Position numbers and translations under genes: made by a program
Source: an uncultured Clostridiaceae bacterium
GTDB taxonomy: Bacteria; Bacillota; Clostridia; TANB77; CAG-508
Reading direction: 5' to 3'
DNA: 64,000 nt
Assembly (NCBI GenBank): GCA_947647275.1
Contig: CANSJQ010000002.1
Coordinates: forward strand, 5,795-69,794
Shown: positions 11,026-21,255 of the stretch, piece after piece
Numbering within the stretch: position 1 is the first letter of the stretch
How the letters are laid out: each line of letters starts with the position of its first letter
The notes under the pieces: model-generated
The model's database searches: none
The model's input: the letters and a program-made list of their open reading frames with translations, nothing else
What the model was told of the DNA's origin: nothing

Positions 11026-11038
11026 TTTAACCTAAGTC

Positions 11039-14000
11039 TTATTCTAGTCCGTCATTTTCTAAATTGTCTTCTGCTAAGTCTGTGTCGAAAATTTCTGCAT
11101 CGTCGTCGTCATCTAACTCTGTGAATAATTCGTCGTCGTCCATAGCTTCTTCGTCAACATCTAAAAGTATTTCCTCTGTGTCTTCATCTATCTCTATATA
11201 GTTTTCGTCTAATTCATTTTGTTGTAATACATCTTCTCCTATTTTTGCTTCTTCGTAGTCTATTCCTTCATCTATATGTTCTTGTAGTTCTAATTCTTCG
11301 TTTTCTTCTGAATATAAACGTACGTCTAAGCCTAATGATTGAAGTTCTTTTATTAATACTTTGAAACTTTCTGGTACGCCTGGTTCTGGTACATTTTCTC
11401 CTTTAACAATTGCTTCATATGTTTTAACACGTCCAACAACGTCATCTGATTTAACTGTTAACATTTCTTGAAGTGTATATGCTGCTCCATATGCCTCTAA
11501 TGCCCAAACTTCCATCTCTCCGAAACGTTGTCCACCGAATTGTGCTTTACCTCCTAGTGGTTGTTGTGTTACTAGTGAGTATGGTCCAGTTGAACGAGCA
11601 TGTATTTTGTCATCTACTAAGTGATGTAGTTTTAACATGTACATTACACCAACTGTTACTGGGTTATCAAATTTTTCACCTGTACGTCCATCTATTAATA
11701 TTGATTTTCCGTCTTCTCTTAGGCCTGCTTCACGTAGTAATTCTTTTATTTCTTCGTCTGATGCACCATCAAATACTGGTGTTGCAACTTTCCATCCTAG
11801 TGCTTTTGCTGCCATACCTAAGTGAACTTCTAAAACTTGACCTAAGTTCATACGTGATGGTATACCTTGTGGATTTAATACTATATCTACTGGTGTTCCA
11901 TCTTCTAAGAATGGCATGTCTTCTACTGGAAGTATTCTTGAAATAACACCTTTGTTACCATGACGTCCAGCCATTTTGTCTCCAACTGATATTTTTCTCT
12001 TTGTTGCTATATAACAACGTATTACTTGATTTACACCAGGTCCTAATTCATCTGAATTATCTCTAGTGAATATTTTAACATCTACTATTGTTCCTGCTTC
12101 TCCATGTGGTACTCTTAAAGATGTATCTCTTACTTCTCTTGCTTTTTCTCCAAATATTGCACGAAGTAATCTTTCTTCTGCTGTAAGTTCTGTCTCTCCT
12201 TTTGGAGTAACTTTACCTACTAGAATATCTCCTGGTCTTACTTCTGCACCTATTCTTATAATTCCGTTTTCGTCTAGGTCTTTTAGTCCATCATCACCAA
12301 CATTTGGTATATCACGTGTTATTTCTTCTGGACCTAATTTTGTATCACGACATTCACAATCATATTCTTCTATATGTATTGATGTGTATACATCTTCTTT
12401 AACTAATCTTTCACTAATTAATATAGCATCCTCATAGTTGTAACCTTGCCATGTTGTAAAGGCAATAAGTACGTTTCTACCTAATGACATTTCACCGTTC
12501 TTTGTAGCTGGTCCATCTGCTAATATGCTTCCTGCTGTTACTTTTTCTCCTCTTACAACTACTGGTCTTTGGTTTATACATGTACCACCATTTGTTCTTT
12601 TAAATTTACGAAGTTTATATGTGTCTATTTCTCCTTTTTTATTTTTAACTTTAACTTCGTCACTGCTTACTTTTTCTACTACACCGTCATTTATAGCTGT
12701 TACTGTAATTCCTGAGTCTTTTGCTGCTCTATATTCTATACCTGTACCTACTATTGGAGATTCTGGCATTAATAGTGGAACTGCTTGACGTTGCATGTTA
12801 GATCCCATAAGTGAACGTTTAACGTCATCATGCTCTAAGAATGGTATCATGGCTGCTGCAACAGAAACTAATTGTTTTGGAGATACATCAACATAGTCTA
12901 CTTGTTCTCTATCTACCTCTGTTATTTCTGTTTTGTTACGTACTTTAATTCTCTTGTTTACAAATTTTCCATCTTTATCTAATGGCTCAGATGCTTGAGC
13001 TATGATGTAATTATCTTCTTGGTCTGCTGACATGTATTCAACAATATCTGTTACTTTTCCTGTTTCTTTATCTACTTTTCTATATGGTGTTTCAACAAAT
13101 CCATATTCATTTATTATAGCAAATGATGAAAGTGCTGAAATTAAACCGATATTTGGTCCTTCAGGAGATTCAACTGGGCAAAGTCTTCCATAGTGTGTAT
13201 AGTGAATATCACGAACTTCGAAGCCTGCTCTTTCTCTTGATAAACCACCAGGTCCTAAGGCTGAAATTCTTCTTTTATGTGTAAGCTCTGATAATGGGTT
13301 TGTTTGATCCATAAATTGTGATAATTGTGAGCTTCCAAAGAATTCTCTAATTGATGATGTTATTGGTTTTGTGTTTATTAATGTTTGTGGTGTTACTACG
13401 TCTAAGTCTTGTATTGTCATTCTTTCACGAACAACTCTCTCTAATCTTGTTAAACCAATTCTAAATTGATTTTGTAGTAATTCTCCAACACATCTTATAC
13501 GTCTATTTCCTAAATGATCTATATCATCTATTGTTCCTATTCCATTGTCTAAGTTTAATACATAGTTTATTGAAGCTATAATATCTTCATTAGTAATGTG
13601 TTTAGGTACTAATTCTTCTTTTCTTTCAGATATTACTTTGTGTAAATCTTTTTTGTCAGTTGTATCTAATATAGATTTTAATACTTCGTAATTTACTTCT
13701 TCTTTGAAGTGTAAGTCACTTATATCAACATCTGTTACAACTTTATAAATATTTACTGTTCCATTTCCTATAATTCTTACTTTTTTATCATTTACTTTTA
13801 CATCTACTATATTTAAACCTGTATTTTGTATTTCTTCTGCTACTTCTTTTGATATTGCAGAATCTTTTTCTACTAATACTTCTCCTGTAGATGGATCTAT
13901 AATATCTTCAAATGCTACTTTTCCAGCTATTCTTGTTGCTAAACTTAATTTTTGGTTGAATTTGAATCTACCAACTTTTGCTAGGTCATATCTTCTTTCA

Positions 14001-14779
14001 TCAAAGAATAGACCATTAAATAAGTTTCTTGCAGCGTCTACTGTTGGAAGTTCACCTGGTCTTAATTTTTTGTAAATTTCTATTAATGCTTCATCTTGAG
14101 TTTTAATAGTGTCTTTTGCTATTGTAGCTACTATTTTAGCTTCTTCTCCAAATAGAGACACAATTTGCTCGTCTGTTGTTAAACCTATTGCTCTTAATAA
14201 ACATGTTACTGGTATTTTTCTTGTTCTATCTACCCTTGCCCAGAATACGTCGTTTCCATCTGTTTCATATTCTATCCATGCTCCACGAATTGGCATAACT
14301 GTTGATGTAAATACTTTCTTACCTGTTTTGTCAAATTCATATGCATAGTAACATCCTGGTGAACGTACTAACTGACTAACTACAACTCTTTCAGCTCCAT
14401 TTATAATAAATGTTCCGCTTTCAGTCATTAATGGGAAATCTCCAAGATAAATTTCTTGTTCTTTTATTTCTCCTGTTTCACGGTTAATTAAACGTACCTT
14501 TACGTGTAATCTTGTAGAATATGTAGCATCTCTTTCTTTTGCTTCTTCTACTGTATATTTAGTTTTTTCTTCCATGTAGTAATCGAAAAATTCAAGAACT
14601 AAATTACCTGAGTAGTCCACTATTGGTGAAATATCTTTTAATACTTCTCCTAACCCTTCTTCTACGAACCAGTCGTATGAATCTTTTTGGACTTTAATAA
14701 GATTTGGCATCTCAACAAAATCGCCAATTTTTGCAAACGTTTTACGTGTGCTTTTTTCGTTTTTGATATCTTTTATCAA
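11039..14779 (-). CDS. rpoB: DNA-directed RNA polymerase subunit beta
   Basis: 1249-aa ORF with canonical RpoB blocks. The ORF-track GTG start at 14788 overlaps the AGGAG RBS. TTG at 14779 (AGGAG + 7 nt) is more plausible, giving MIKDIKNEK... Confidence 0.9.
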   Translation of the reverse strand: MIKDIKNEKSTRKTFAKIGDFVEMPNLIKVQKDSYDWFVEEGLGEVLKDISPIVDYSGNLVLEFFDYYMEEKTKYTVEEAKERDATYSTRLHVKVRLINRETGEIKEQEIYLGDFPLMTESGTFIINGAERVVVSQLVRSPGCYYAYEFDKTGKKVFTSTVMPIRGAWIEYETDGNDVFWARVDRTRKIPVTCLLRAIGLTTDEQIVSLFGEEAKIVATIAKDTIKTQDEALIEIYKKLRPGELPTVDAARNLFNGLFFDERRYDLAKVGRFKFNQKLSLATRIAGKVAFEDIIDPSTGEVLVEKDSAISKEVAEEIQNTGLNIVDVKVNDKKVRIIGNGTVNIYKVVTDVDISDLHFKEEVNYEVLKSILDTTDKKDLHKVISERKEELVPKHITNEDIIASINYVLNLDNGIGTIDDIDHLGNRRIRCVGELLQNQFRIGLTRLERVVRERMTIQDLDVVTPQTLINTKPITSSIREFFGSSQLSQFMDQTNPLSELTHKRRISALGPGGLSRERAGFEVRDIHYTHYGRLCPVESPEGPNIGLISALSSFAIINEYGFVETPYRKVDKETGKVTDIVEYMSADQEDNYIIAQASEPLDKDGKFVNKRIKVRNKTEITEVDREQVDYVDVSPKQLVSVAAAMIPFLEHDDVKRSLMGSNMQRQAVPLLMPESPIVGTGIEYRAAKDSGITVTAINDGVVEKVSSDEVKVKNKKGEIDTYKLRKFKRTNGGTCINQRPVVVRGEKVTAGSILADGPATKNGEMSLGRNVLIAFTTWQGYNYEDAILISERLVKEDVYTSIHIEEYDCECRDTKLGPEEITRDIPNVGDDGLKDLDENGIIRIGAEVRPGDILVGKVTPKGETELTAEERLLRAIFGEKAREVRDTSLRVPHGEAGTIVDVKIFTRDNSDELGPGVNQVIRCYIATKRKISVGDKMAGRHGNKGVISRILPVEDMPFLEDGTPVDIVLNPQGIPSRMNLGQVLEVHLGMAAKALGWKVATPVFDGASDEEIKELLREAGLREDGKSILIDGRTGEKFDNPVTVGVMYMLKLHHLVDDKIHARSTGPYSLVTQQPLGGKAQFGGQRFGEMEVWALEAYGAAYTLQEMLTVKSDDVVGRVKTYEAIVKGENVPEPGVPESFKVLIKELQSLGLDVRLYSEENEELELQEHIDEGIDYEEAKIGEDVLQQNELDENYIEIDEDTEEILLDVDEEAMDDDELFTELDDDDDAEIFDTDLAEDNLENDGLE

Positions 14780-14820
14780 AACAATCACTCCTAAATAAAA
14801 TTTAAGCAGAAAAAAAATTT

Positions 14821-14886
14821 GTCAGGGGACACCCCTTACCCTTTTGTCACTCCCACTTGGGATAAGGAATGTCCCCTACCCTTGTG
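14821..14886 (+). repeat. Family-C-like palindromic element in the rpoB leader (ggggacacccc...gtcccc; terminator-like ggggtgtcccc + U-run on the transcribed strand)
   Basis: Sits about 40 nt upstream of the rpoB RBS. On the minus strand it reads aaggggtgtcccctgacaaatttttttt. Confidence 0.45.
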
Positions 14887-15102
14887 AATAAGTGTTCAAA
14901 TAGTTATAGTATTCTCCTAACTTATACTTTAGTGAATTGAATTTATTATAAAAAGAAGTCCTTCTCGTAATTAATTTTATATTATAAAAACCTCCCCTTC
15001 CTGCTCATAAAAAGATTGATTTTTACATATAGAATTAATACAATTCCTCTTCTTTTCAAATTACGTAAACATTAAAATGGGCAAATAGCCCTATACTATT
15101 TT

Positions 15103-15132
15103 AGTATACTTTAAAAAGTATAAGCTTGTCAA
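15103..15132 (-). promoter_or_regulatory. candidate sigma-A promoter for rpoB (-35 TTGACA, 18-nt spacer, -10 TATACT)
   Basis: Minus strand reads TTGACAagcttatactttttaaagTATACT. Would give a ~300-nt leader containing the element at 14821-14886. Confidence 0.35.
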
Positions 15133-15636
15133 GGGTTTTTGGGGATTTTTTTGGGGATTTGACGTTTTTTTAATACAAAAAAATTAAAGCTACTTTTTTT
15201 GATATAAATTAGCTTATTTGTTTCTTATTTAATTTCTTTTTATTGGATTTTTGATAATTGAATTTAATTTTAAAATTTGAATTTTAAGATATCTGAATTT
15301 TCTTTTTTATAATTTGATTTTTGAGGTAATACTCTTAGAATAAAAATGTTATTTTGTTCTACCCTATAAATAATAACATATTTATCAATAAAAATCTTCT
15401 TAATATATTATTATACTCTATATTTTGATACATATAAGGGCTGTTTCTTAGTAATATTAATTTTTTTATTAACTTATCTTCAAACACATCCGCTCTTTTC
15501 TCAGCTTATAGCAATAAATCTCAATAAAAAGTTTTCGACAAATGTTCACAGTAAAAAAATTAATTAACTGCAAAAGATGAGTAAAAATGAATAAATGACG
15601 CTATTAGAAAAAACTCCCTAAATAGCGTCATATCTT

Positions 15637-16590
15637 TTATCCTCTAAATGGTTCTAAATTTGATAATACCCATCCATGGTCACCTGTTACTATTACACTG
15701 TCACAATATTCACATTTTCCTGCTGATGTTATTTTTGTTGGTGCTCCACAGTTTGGACAGTTTGTTGTTTTTATTTCGTCTGTTTCTTCTGGTGTTTGTG
15801 CCCCTTTTGTTCTTTCAAATGTTAATTTATAAATTGTATGTCTATCTTGTGTTTTACTTCCTTCTAGTAGTTGTTTCGTTGTAGCATCTATAATATAATC
15901 TTTCATTGTTGATTTTAGTGCTACTTCTAATATTTCTTTTTCTCCTTGTATTTTAAAGCTATATAAGTATGCATAGTTTACTGCTATTCTATCCATTACA
16001 TTTATTCTGTTTGTATCTATATACCCTTGTACTTGGTTTTTATGTTGTTCAAATAGTTCTGGTGTTTCAAATAGTCTCATTGATTCCCAATCTCTTGCTG
16101 TCCATGAATTTTGTAATTTTACAAATAGCTCTTTTGTAAAGCTTATAAATTTTTCTTCTGAGAAGTTTTTATCATTATTCATTATTTCTACTGCTACTTG
16201 CATTGACCTGTTTACATTTATATTATTTGTGTTTACTGCATTGTTTGCATTTGGTATATTTCTTGGTATGTTTTGTATTCCTTTTCCTTTATATTTTCTA
16301 GAATATACTACTATAAATATTACTAAAATTATTAGAATTACTCTTCCACCACTACTTCCAAATAAGAGACCTATTAAAAAGCCTAAATCTCCGTCTGAAG
16401 AATAATCATCATCCCAGTCCCAACTGCTAGATGAACTTCCCCAATCACTTGAACTCCAGCTTGAGCCTGAGTCCCAACTTGGACTATCATATCTATCAAA
16501 ACTTCCTACATCTGCAAAAGAGTAGTTATATATTGATATTATTATTAACGTTAAAATTAGTGATACTATTTTCTTTATATTTTTCTTCAT
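15637..16590 (-). CDS. Tim44-like domain membrane protein with C-terminal zinc ribbon, hypothetical
   Basis: Signal peptide, Ser/Trp/Asp-rich low-complexity stretch, TM helix, then a Tim44-like domain and CPNCGAP...CEYC Zn-ribbon. Confidence 0.55.
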   Translation of the reverse strand: MKKNIKKIVSLILTLIIISIYNYSFADVGSFDRYDSPSWDSGSSWSSSDWGSSSSSWDWDDDYSSDGDLGFLIGLLFGSSGGRVILIILVIFIVVYSRKYKGKGIQNIPRNIPNANNAVNTNNINVNRSMQVAVEIMNNDKNFSEEKFISFTKELFVKLQNSWTARDWESMRLFETPELFEQHKNQVQGYIDTNRINVMDRIAVNYAYLYSFKIQGEKEILEVALKSTMKDYIIDATTKQLLEGSKTQDRHTIYKLTFERTKGAQTPEETDEIKTTNCPNCGAPTKITSAGKCEYCDSVIVTGDHGWVLSNLEPFRG

Positions 16591-16684
16591 GCTCTTTTTC
16601 CTTTCATTACATATTTATTTAAGTCATTTCTTTGAATACTGGACGACAACTAGTCTCCTATACAATTATTTTTAACTTTTTTTA

Positions 16685-17599
16685 CTATTCAGTATAATAT
16701 TTTCCTTGCCATAAATCACGTGCTCTAAATCTTTTTTCAAAGCCGTGTAATATCCACATTTTATGCTTGTTCCAATATGGTGCTAGTAGAATGTCTTTTG
16801 GTGCGTCTCCTGATATTCTATGAATTATAAATTCAGGTCTTAAATGTGTCATTATATCAATTAATGTTTCTATATAATCATCTAAATCTAAAGCTTTATA
16901 TTCTCCATTTTTATACATATCAGCAAGTTTTGTGTTTTCTACTACATATGTTGAGTGAATTTTAACTCCCTCTAGTTTATGACCATTTATAAAATTTACT
17001 GTGTCTTCAATATCTTGTTTTGTTTCAGTTGGTAAACCTACCATTATGTGTGCTACTACATCAATATCATATTTATTTAGAATATTGACTGCTTCAGTAA
17101 ATTGTTTGCTTGTGTATCCACGATTAATTAAGTTTCCTATTTTGTCATTACTTGTTTGAAGTCCTAATTCTACACATACATAATATTTGTTTGTATATGT
17201 TTTTAATAATTCTGCGATTTCTTCAGTAATACAATCTGGCCTTGTTCCTATTGAAATTCCTACTATTCTATCATCTACTAAGGCAGAGTCATACTTTTTC
17301 TTTAAGTTTTCAATTGTATCATATGTATTTGTAAAGTTCTGAAAATATACTATAAATTTATTAGCCCTTTCAGCTCTATATGTTGTGAAATAGTGTTTTA
17401 CTTGTTTTTCAATATCACCACAATTGTTTATTAATTCACCAGAGCCTTTTTCACTACAATAAATACAACCTCCATATCCTTTGCTTCCATCTCTATTAGG
17501 GCATGTAAATCCTCCATCTACACATATTTTTAGAGTACGCTCTCCAAACTTTTCTTTATAATATTCATTTAAGTGTCTATATCTTTCCATATCATTCAT
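16685..17599 (-). CDS. radical SAM protein, TIGR01212 (YhcC-like) family
   Basis: 304 aa; Cys cluster CPNRDGSKGYGGCIYC near the N-terminus; family-typical ELGLQT block. Confidence 0.7.
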   Translation of the reverse strand: MNDMERYRHLNEYYKEKFGERTLKICVDGGFTCPNRDGSKGYGGCIYCSEKGSGELINNCGDIEKQVKHYFTTYRAERANKFIVYFQNFTNTYDTIENLKKKYDSALVDDRIVGISIGTRPDCITEEIAELLKTYTNKYYVCVELGLQTSNDKIGNLINRGYTSKQFTEAVNILNKYDIDVVAHIMVGLPTETKQDIEDTVNFINGHKLEGVKIHSTYVVENTKLADMYKNGEYKALDLDDYIETLIDIMTHLRPEFIIHRISGDAPKDILLAPYWNKHKMWILHGFEKRFRARDLWQGKYYTE

Positions 17600-17795
17600 A
17601 TTGTTATTATATTAGATTTTTAATTAACGTGCAATATTTTTTCTTAAAGTCGTTGCAAAATACTATTGGTAGAATTTATGTATTTCTTAAGTATTAATAA
17701 ATAAGGTGAAATTTAATAAATAATACTAATATTTCTTACAAATTAAACTTCTGCGGTTTCAAGTTAAAATAGCTTACTTTCCTATAAAATAAATA

Positions 17796-17842
17796 AAAAA
17801 ATATATAGGTAGAAGATTAACTTCTACCTATATGTTTTTTAT
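17796..17842. terminator. bidirectional terminator (ataggtagaag-attaa-cttctacctat + T-runs)
   Basis: 11-bp perfect stem; likely ends the tRNA transcript. Confidence 0.5.
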
Positions 17843-17929
17843 ACTAGTATTTTTGATATAATTATTAATTTTCATGAAATTAATGTGAAGCAATAAAAAA
17901 TAAAGAGAGATTGTAAAAATCTCCCTTTT

Positions 17930-18004
17930 TGGCTGGGCTGGCTAGATTCGAACTAGCGCATGCCAGAGTCAAAGTCTGGTGCCTTACCGCTTGGCTACAG
18001 CCCA
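17930..18004 (-). tRNA. tRNA-Gln (anticodon UUG)
   Basis: Revcomp folds as a cloverleaf: acceptor TGGGCTG/CAGCCCA, D stem GCC/GGC, anticodon stem CCAGA/TCTGG with loop CTTTGAC, T stem GCTAG/CTAGC with loop TTCGAAT; encoded CCA. A 3' hairpin plus U-run follows at 17888-17927. Confidence 0.85.
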
Positions 18005-18055
18005 ATGTTTTATTATTATGATCAAAAATAATCATATTATTCTTTTTAAAATAAA

Positions 18056-18133
18056 TGGGGTGGAATATGGGACTCGAACCCATGGTCTCCAGTGCCACAA
18101 ACTGGCGCGTTAACCAACTACGCTAAATCCACC
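18056..18133 (-). tRNA. tRNA-His (anticodon GUG) with extra 5' G-1
   Basis: Revcomp: anticodon stem CCAGT/ACTGG with loop TTGTGGC, T arm ATGGG-TTCGAGT-CCCAT, G-1:C73, encoded CCA. One T-T mismatch in the acceptor stem (possibly my misread). Confidence 0.75.
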
Positions 18134-18258
18134 ATGTTACAAGCATTTATAATTTTACTCTATTTATATTAAAAAGTCAATATCTTTGCATCATTTTTTT
18201 TAAAATTCGTTTTTTTATTACAATTTATAGTAACAAATGTTACTTTTTATTTATAACT

Positions 18259-18310
18259 AGGGGCATAACTTGGTATTCCTATATGATTTCCCTACCAATT
18301 AAGCCCCTAT
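18259..18310 (+). repeat. Family-B element ggggcataacttggtattcc...ccctaccaattaagcccctatat
   Basis: Same termini as 10884 and 22690. Confidence 0.7.
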
Positions 18311-18344
18311 ATTATACAAATATTTCTTAATTTTAAAATTTATG

Positions 18345-18521
18345 TTAGTCATTATCTTCTTCTGGTGCTTCTACTGGGCAAACTCCTGCGCATGTTCCAC
18401 ATCCTATACATTGCTCAGCATCTATTATGTATTTATCTTCTCCTGGTGCTATACATCCTACTGGGCATTCGGCGCTACAAGCTCCACATTGTATGCATTT
18501 ATCTGTTATTTTATATGCCAT
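18345..18521 (-). CDS. fdx: 2x[4Fe-4S] clostridial-type ferredoxin (58 aa)
   Basis: MAYKITDKCIQCGACSAECPVGCIAPGEDKYIIDAEQCIGCGTCAGVCPVEAPEEDND: two CxxCxxCxxxCP motifs. GGAGGTG RBS. Absent from the ORF track (<60 aa). Confidence 0.85.
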   Translation of the reverse strand: MAYKITDKCIQCGACSAECPVGCIAPGEDKYIIDAEQCIGCGTCAGVCPVEAPEEDND

Positions 18522-18582
18522 TTACTTCACCTCCTAGCTTCTTTCTAAGTTGTCTGTAACTCCCTTCGTTTGAACAGCTAAC

Positions 18583-19506
18583 TTATATTTCATCTTCTCC
18601 TACGCTATTTTTATCACTTTTCTCTAATTTTTCTAATTCTTCTAATTCTTTCATGTGTTTTTTCTCTTCTGGGTCTACTTTTTGTTCTGAAGTATTCTTT
18701 ATTATTTTTATGTCATCTCCTTCAAAGCGTTTATAGTAATATTCTCCTTCTGAATCTTTTAATTTTACTCTTACTCTTTCTTTAAGTGTTTCTACACTAT
18801 CTACTATTCCTTCCCCATCTTCTGTTTTTACTATTGCTCCTATTTTTGGAAGTTTTTTTAGTTTTTCTTCATATACGTCTTGTTCATACTTTAAGCAACA
18901 CATTAATCTACCACAGTTTCCTGATATTTTTGATGGATTTAATGACATGTTTTGTTCTTTTGCCATTTTTATTGATACTGTTTCAAAATTACCTAAGAAA
19001 GAACAACAGCAAAGTTCTCTCCCACAAATTCCATTTCCACCAATTCTTTTTACTTCATCTCTCACACCTATTTGCCTTAATTCTATTCTTGTTTTAAAAA
19101 TTGTGGCTAAATCTTTTACTAAATCTCTAAAGTCTATTCTTCCATCTGCTGTAAAATAGAATAATACTTTGCTATTATCAAATTTGAATTCTACATCTGT
19201 TAGTGTCATTTCTAATTTGTGTTCTCTTATTTTCTTTTGGCAAATTTCAAATGCTTCTTTTTCTTTTTTCTTATTTTCTTCATAATGATTTTTATCTTTT
19301 TTGGTCGCTATTCTAATAACTTTTTTTAGAGGCGCTACTATTTTTTTATCTACAACACTTCTATTTGCTATTACAACTTCTCCATATTCTTCACCTTGTG
19401 AAGTTTCAACTATAACAAAATCTTTATTTGTTATAGTCAAATCTCCTGGATCAAAAAAATATACCTTTCCTGGCTTTTTAAATCTAACGCCTACTATATC
19501 TTTCAT
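18583..19506 (-). CDS. yaaT: PSP1-domain protein YaaT/RicT (stage 0 sporulation, RNase Y-specificity complex)
   Basis: MKDIVGVRFKKPGKVYFFDPGDL...GEEYGEVV is a canonical YaaT N-terminus. Lies downstream of holB as in B. subtilis. Confidence 0.8.
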   Translation of the reverse strand: MKDIVGVRFKKPGKVYFFDPGDLTITNKDFVIVETSQGEEYGEVVIANRSVVDKKIVAPLKKVIRIATKKDKNHYEENKKKEKEAFEICQKKIREHKLEMTLTDVEFKFDNSKVLFYFTADGRIDFRDLVKDLATIFKTRIELRQIGVRDEVKRIGGNGICGRELCCCSFLGNFETVSIKMAKEQNMSLNPSKISGNCGRLMCCLKYEQDVYEEKLKKLPKIGAIVKTEDGEGIVDSVETLKERVRVKLKDSEGEYYYKRFEGDDIKIIKNTSEQKVDPEEKKHMKELEELEKLEKSDKNSVGEDEI

Positions 19507-19524
19507 TTTATTTTCTCCTCTTTT

Positions 19525-20410
19525 TTAATTACATTCTTTAAAAATTTTCATTAAAAGCCAATCAATAGTCATATCATAATTACTGTTACTATTTATTCTC
19601 TTTTTCGCTTCTTCTACGTATTTTATACAATTTATCTTTTGTATTTGATTTGTCTTTAATAATAGTATATTTATATAATCTAATAAATCATATATATTTT
19701 CTTTACTTTTGTATAATAATGGTGAATTATTTAATATATATACTAAATCTTTTTTATCTATTTGTTCTAATATATTTTCTATTTCTTCGTATTCTTGTTT
19801 GTTTTTTTGTATTTTTAATATTTTTCCAATACTTCCTCCTGCATATGTAACCATATTAATTATACTATTATCAATTGTATTCTTTTTAATATATTCTATA
19901 ATTTCTTCATCTTTTAGTTTATTAAAATTTATTTTTATACATCTAGATCTTATGGTATTTAACAATTTATTTTCATTTGATGCAATTAATATAATTGTAG
20001 CATATTCTGGTGGTTCTTCTAATACTTTTAACAAACTATTTTGAGCTTCCTTTGTCATAGTATCACTATTATTTATAATATATACTTTTCTACTTGACGT
20101 TATTGGCTTTTCACAAATTTTTTGTCCGCATGTTTCTTATTTGTTCAATTTTTATAGTTTTTTCTTCATTTTCTATTATTATAAAGTCAGGATGGTTATC
20201 ATTTCCAAATTCTAAACAAGATTTACAGTTGTTGCATTTCTCTGATTTATTTTCGCATAAAATCATTTTTGAAAATTCTTTTGCAAAAAGGCTTTTTCCT
20301 ATTCCTTCTATTCCTAAAAATAAATAACTGTGTAAAATATTATTTTGTTCTATACACTTTCTTAATAGTTCTTTTGTTTTTTCGTTTCCTATGATATTCT
20401 CAAAGCTCAA
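19525..20410 (-). pseudogene. holB: DNA polymerase III delta' subunit HolB, split by a +1 frameshift in a T6 (A6 on coding strand) homopolymer at ~20118-20123
   Basis: N-terminal ORF 20111..20410 (...IKIEQIRNMRTKNL*) and C-terminal ORF 19525..20058 (MTKEAQNSLLKVLEEP...). Removing one A gives the continuous ...EQIRNMRTKICEKPITSSRKVYIINNSDTMTKEAQNSLLKVLEEP, which matches the HolB consensus. Confidence 0.75.
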
Positions 20411-20443
20411 AGTTATCCCCCAATTATTATCGTTTTTTCTTGT

Positions 20444-21073
20444 TTAATCTACTTTTCCAAAAAGATTTAATGGCCAAAATCTAATCCATACTTTGCTTTC
20501 TATTTTTTCTATTGGAATACATCCAAATTTTCTACAATCCATACTTTCTGGTCTATTATCTCCCATCGCAAATATATGTCCTTCTGGAACAGTAAAATCT
20601 ATTAGATGTGAATTTTGCGCTTCTGTTATTACCGTATTTTGTAAATAGTCTTCTTGTAGTTTCTCCCCATTTATATAAACTTCCCCAGCTTTTATTTCTA
20701 CATGTTCACCAGGAAGTGCAATTACTCTTTTTATATAGCTCATTTTATTTATTTCTAACACATAATAAGTAAAACTTTCAAACCAATTTTTTGGTTTATA
20801 ATTATACTCTGCTTTTTCAGATTTTGCATCTAGTTGGCTTGGTGCTTCAAATGTTATTATATCTCCCCTTTTATATTCTCCATGAAAAGTTCTGACCGTT
20901 TTATTTAATATAAGTCTTTGGTTTTGTATTAATGTTGGTTTCATAGATACTTGTTTTACAACTGTTGGTGTTCCTATAAAATATCTAATTAATAATGCAA
21001 GTACTAATGCTATTACTATGCAATATACCCATTCTAAAGCTTCTTTAACTTTACTATTTATTTGAATCATCAT
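20444..21073 (-). CDS. lepB: signal peptidase I (S26 family)
   Basis: N-terminal TM helix; catalytic region and GDNRPESMDCRKFG box typical of SPase I. Confidence 0.8.
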   Translation of the reverse strand: MMIQINSKVKEALEWVYCIVIALVLALLIRYFIGTPTVVKQVSMKPTLIQNQRLILNKTVRTFHGEYKRGDIITFEAPSQLDAKSEKAEYNYKPKNWFESFTYYVLEINKMSYIKRVIALPGEHVEIKAGEVYINGEKLQEDYLQNTVITEAQNSHLIDFTVPEGHIFAMGDNRPESMDCRKFGCIPIEKIESKVWIRFWPLNLFGKVD

Positions 21074-21189
21074 TTTCTAATTTCCTCTCTTGTATTATTA
21101 TGACATATAAATTATAATTCTTATTTAGTTTTTTTTCAACTATTTTTTTTGAAATTGAGGTTATAAGTTAGATGTTGGATGTTAGATTC

Positions 21190-21255
21190 TTAGGTAATCT
21201 CTTCGAAGTATTTATCCTATTTTCCTAACTTTTAACTTTCAACTTCTATTTTGTT
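21190..21255 (+). repeat. Family-A long variant: ttaggtaatctcttcgaag + tatttatcc + (taactt)-like tandem
   Basis: Abuts or overlaps the walK-like stop codon (21246-21248). Parallel architecture to 10727-10788. Confidence 0.6.

Noticed and set aside
14789-15636. Searched long intergenic regions (14789-15636, 50932-51550, 62324-62637) for tmRNA, RNase P, SRP/6S RNAs or IS/transposase/integrase genes
   Set aside because: No tag-peptide reading frame, no conserved RNase P/SRP boxes recognisable by eye, and no transposase-like ORF on either strand; cannot exclude small ncRNAs without covariance-model search
17880-18098. 72-aa minus-strand ORF overlapping both tRNA genes
   Set aside because: Fully overlapped by tRNA-Gln and tRNA-His with good cloverleaf folds; chance ORF
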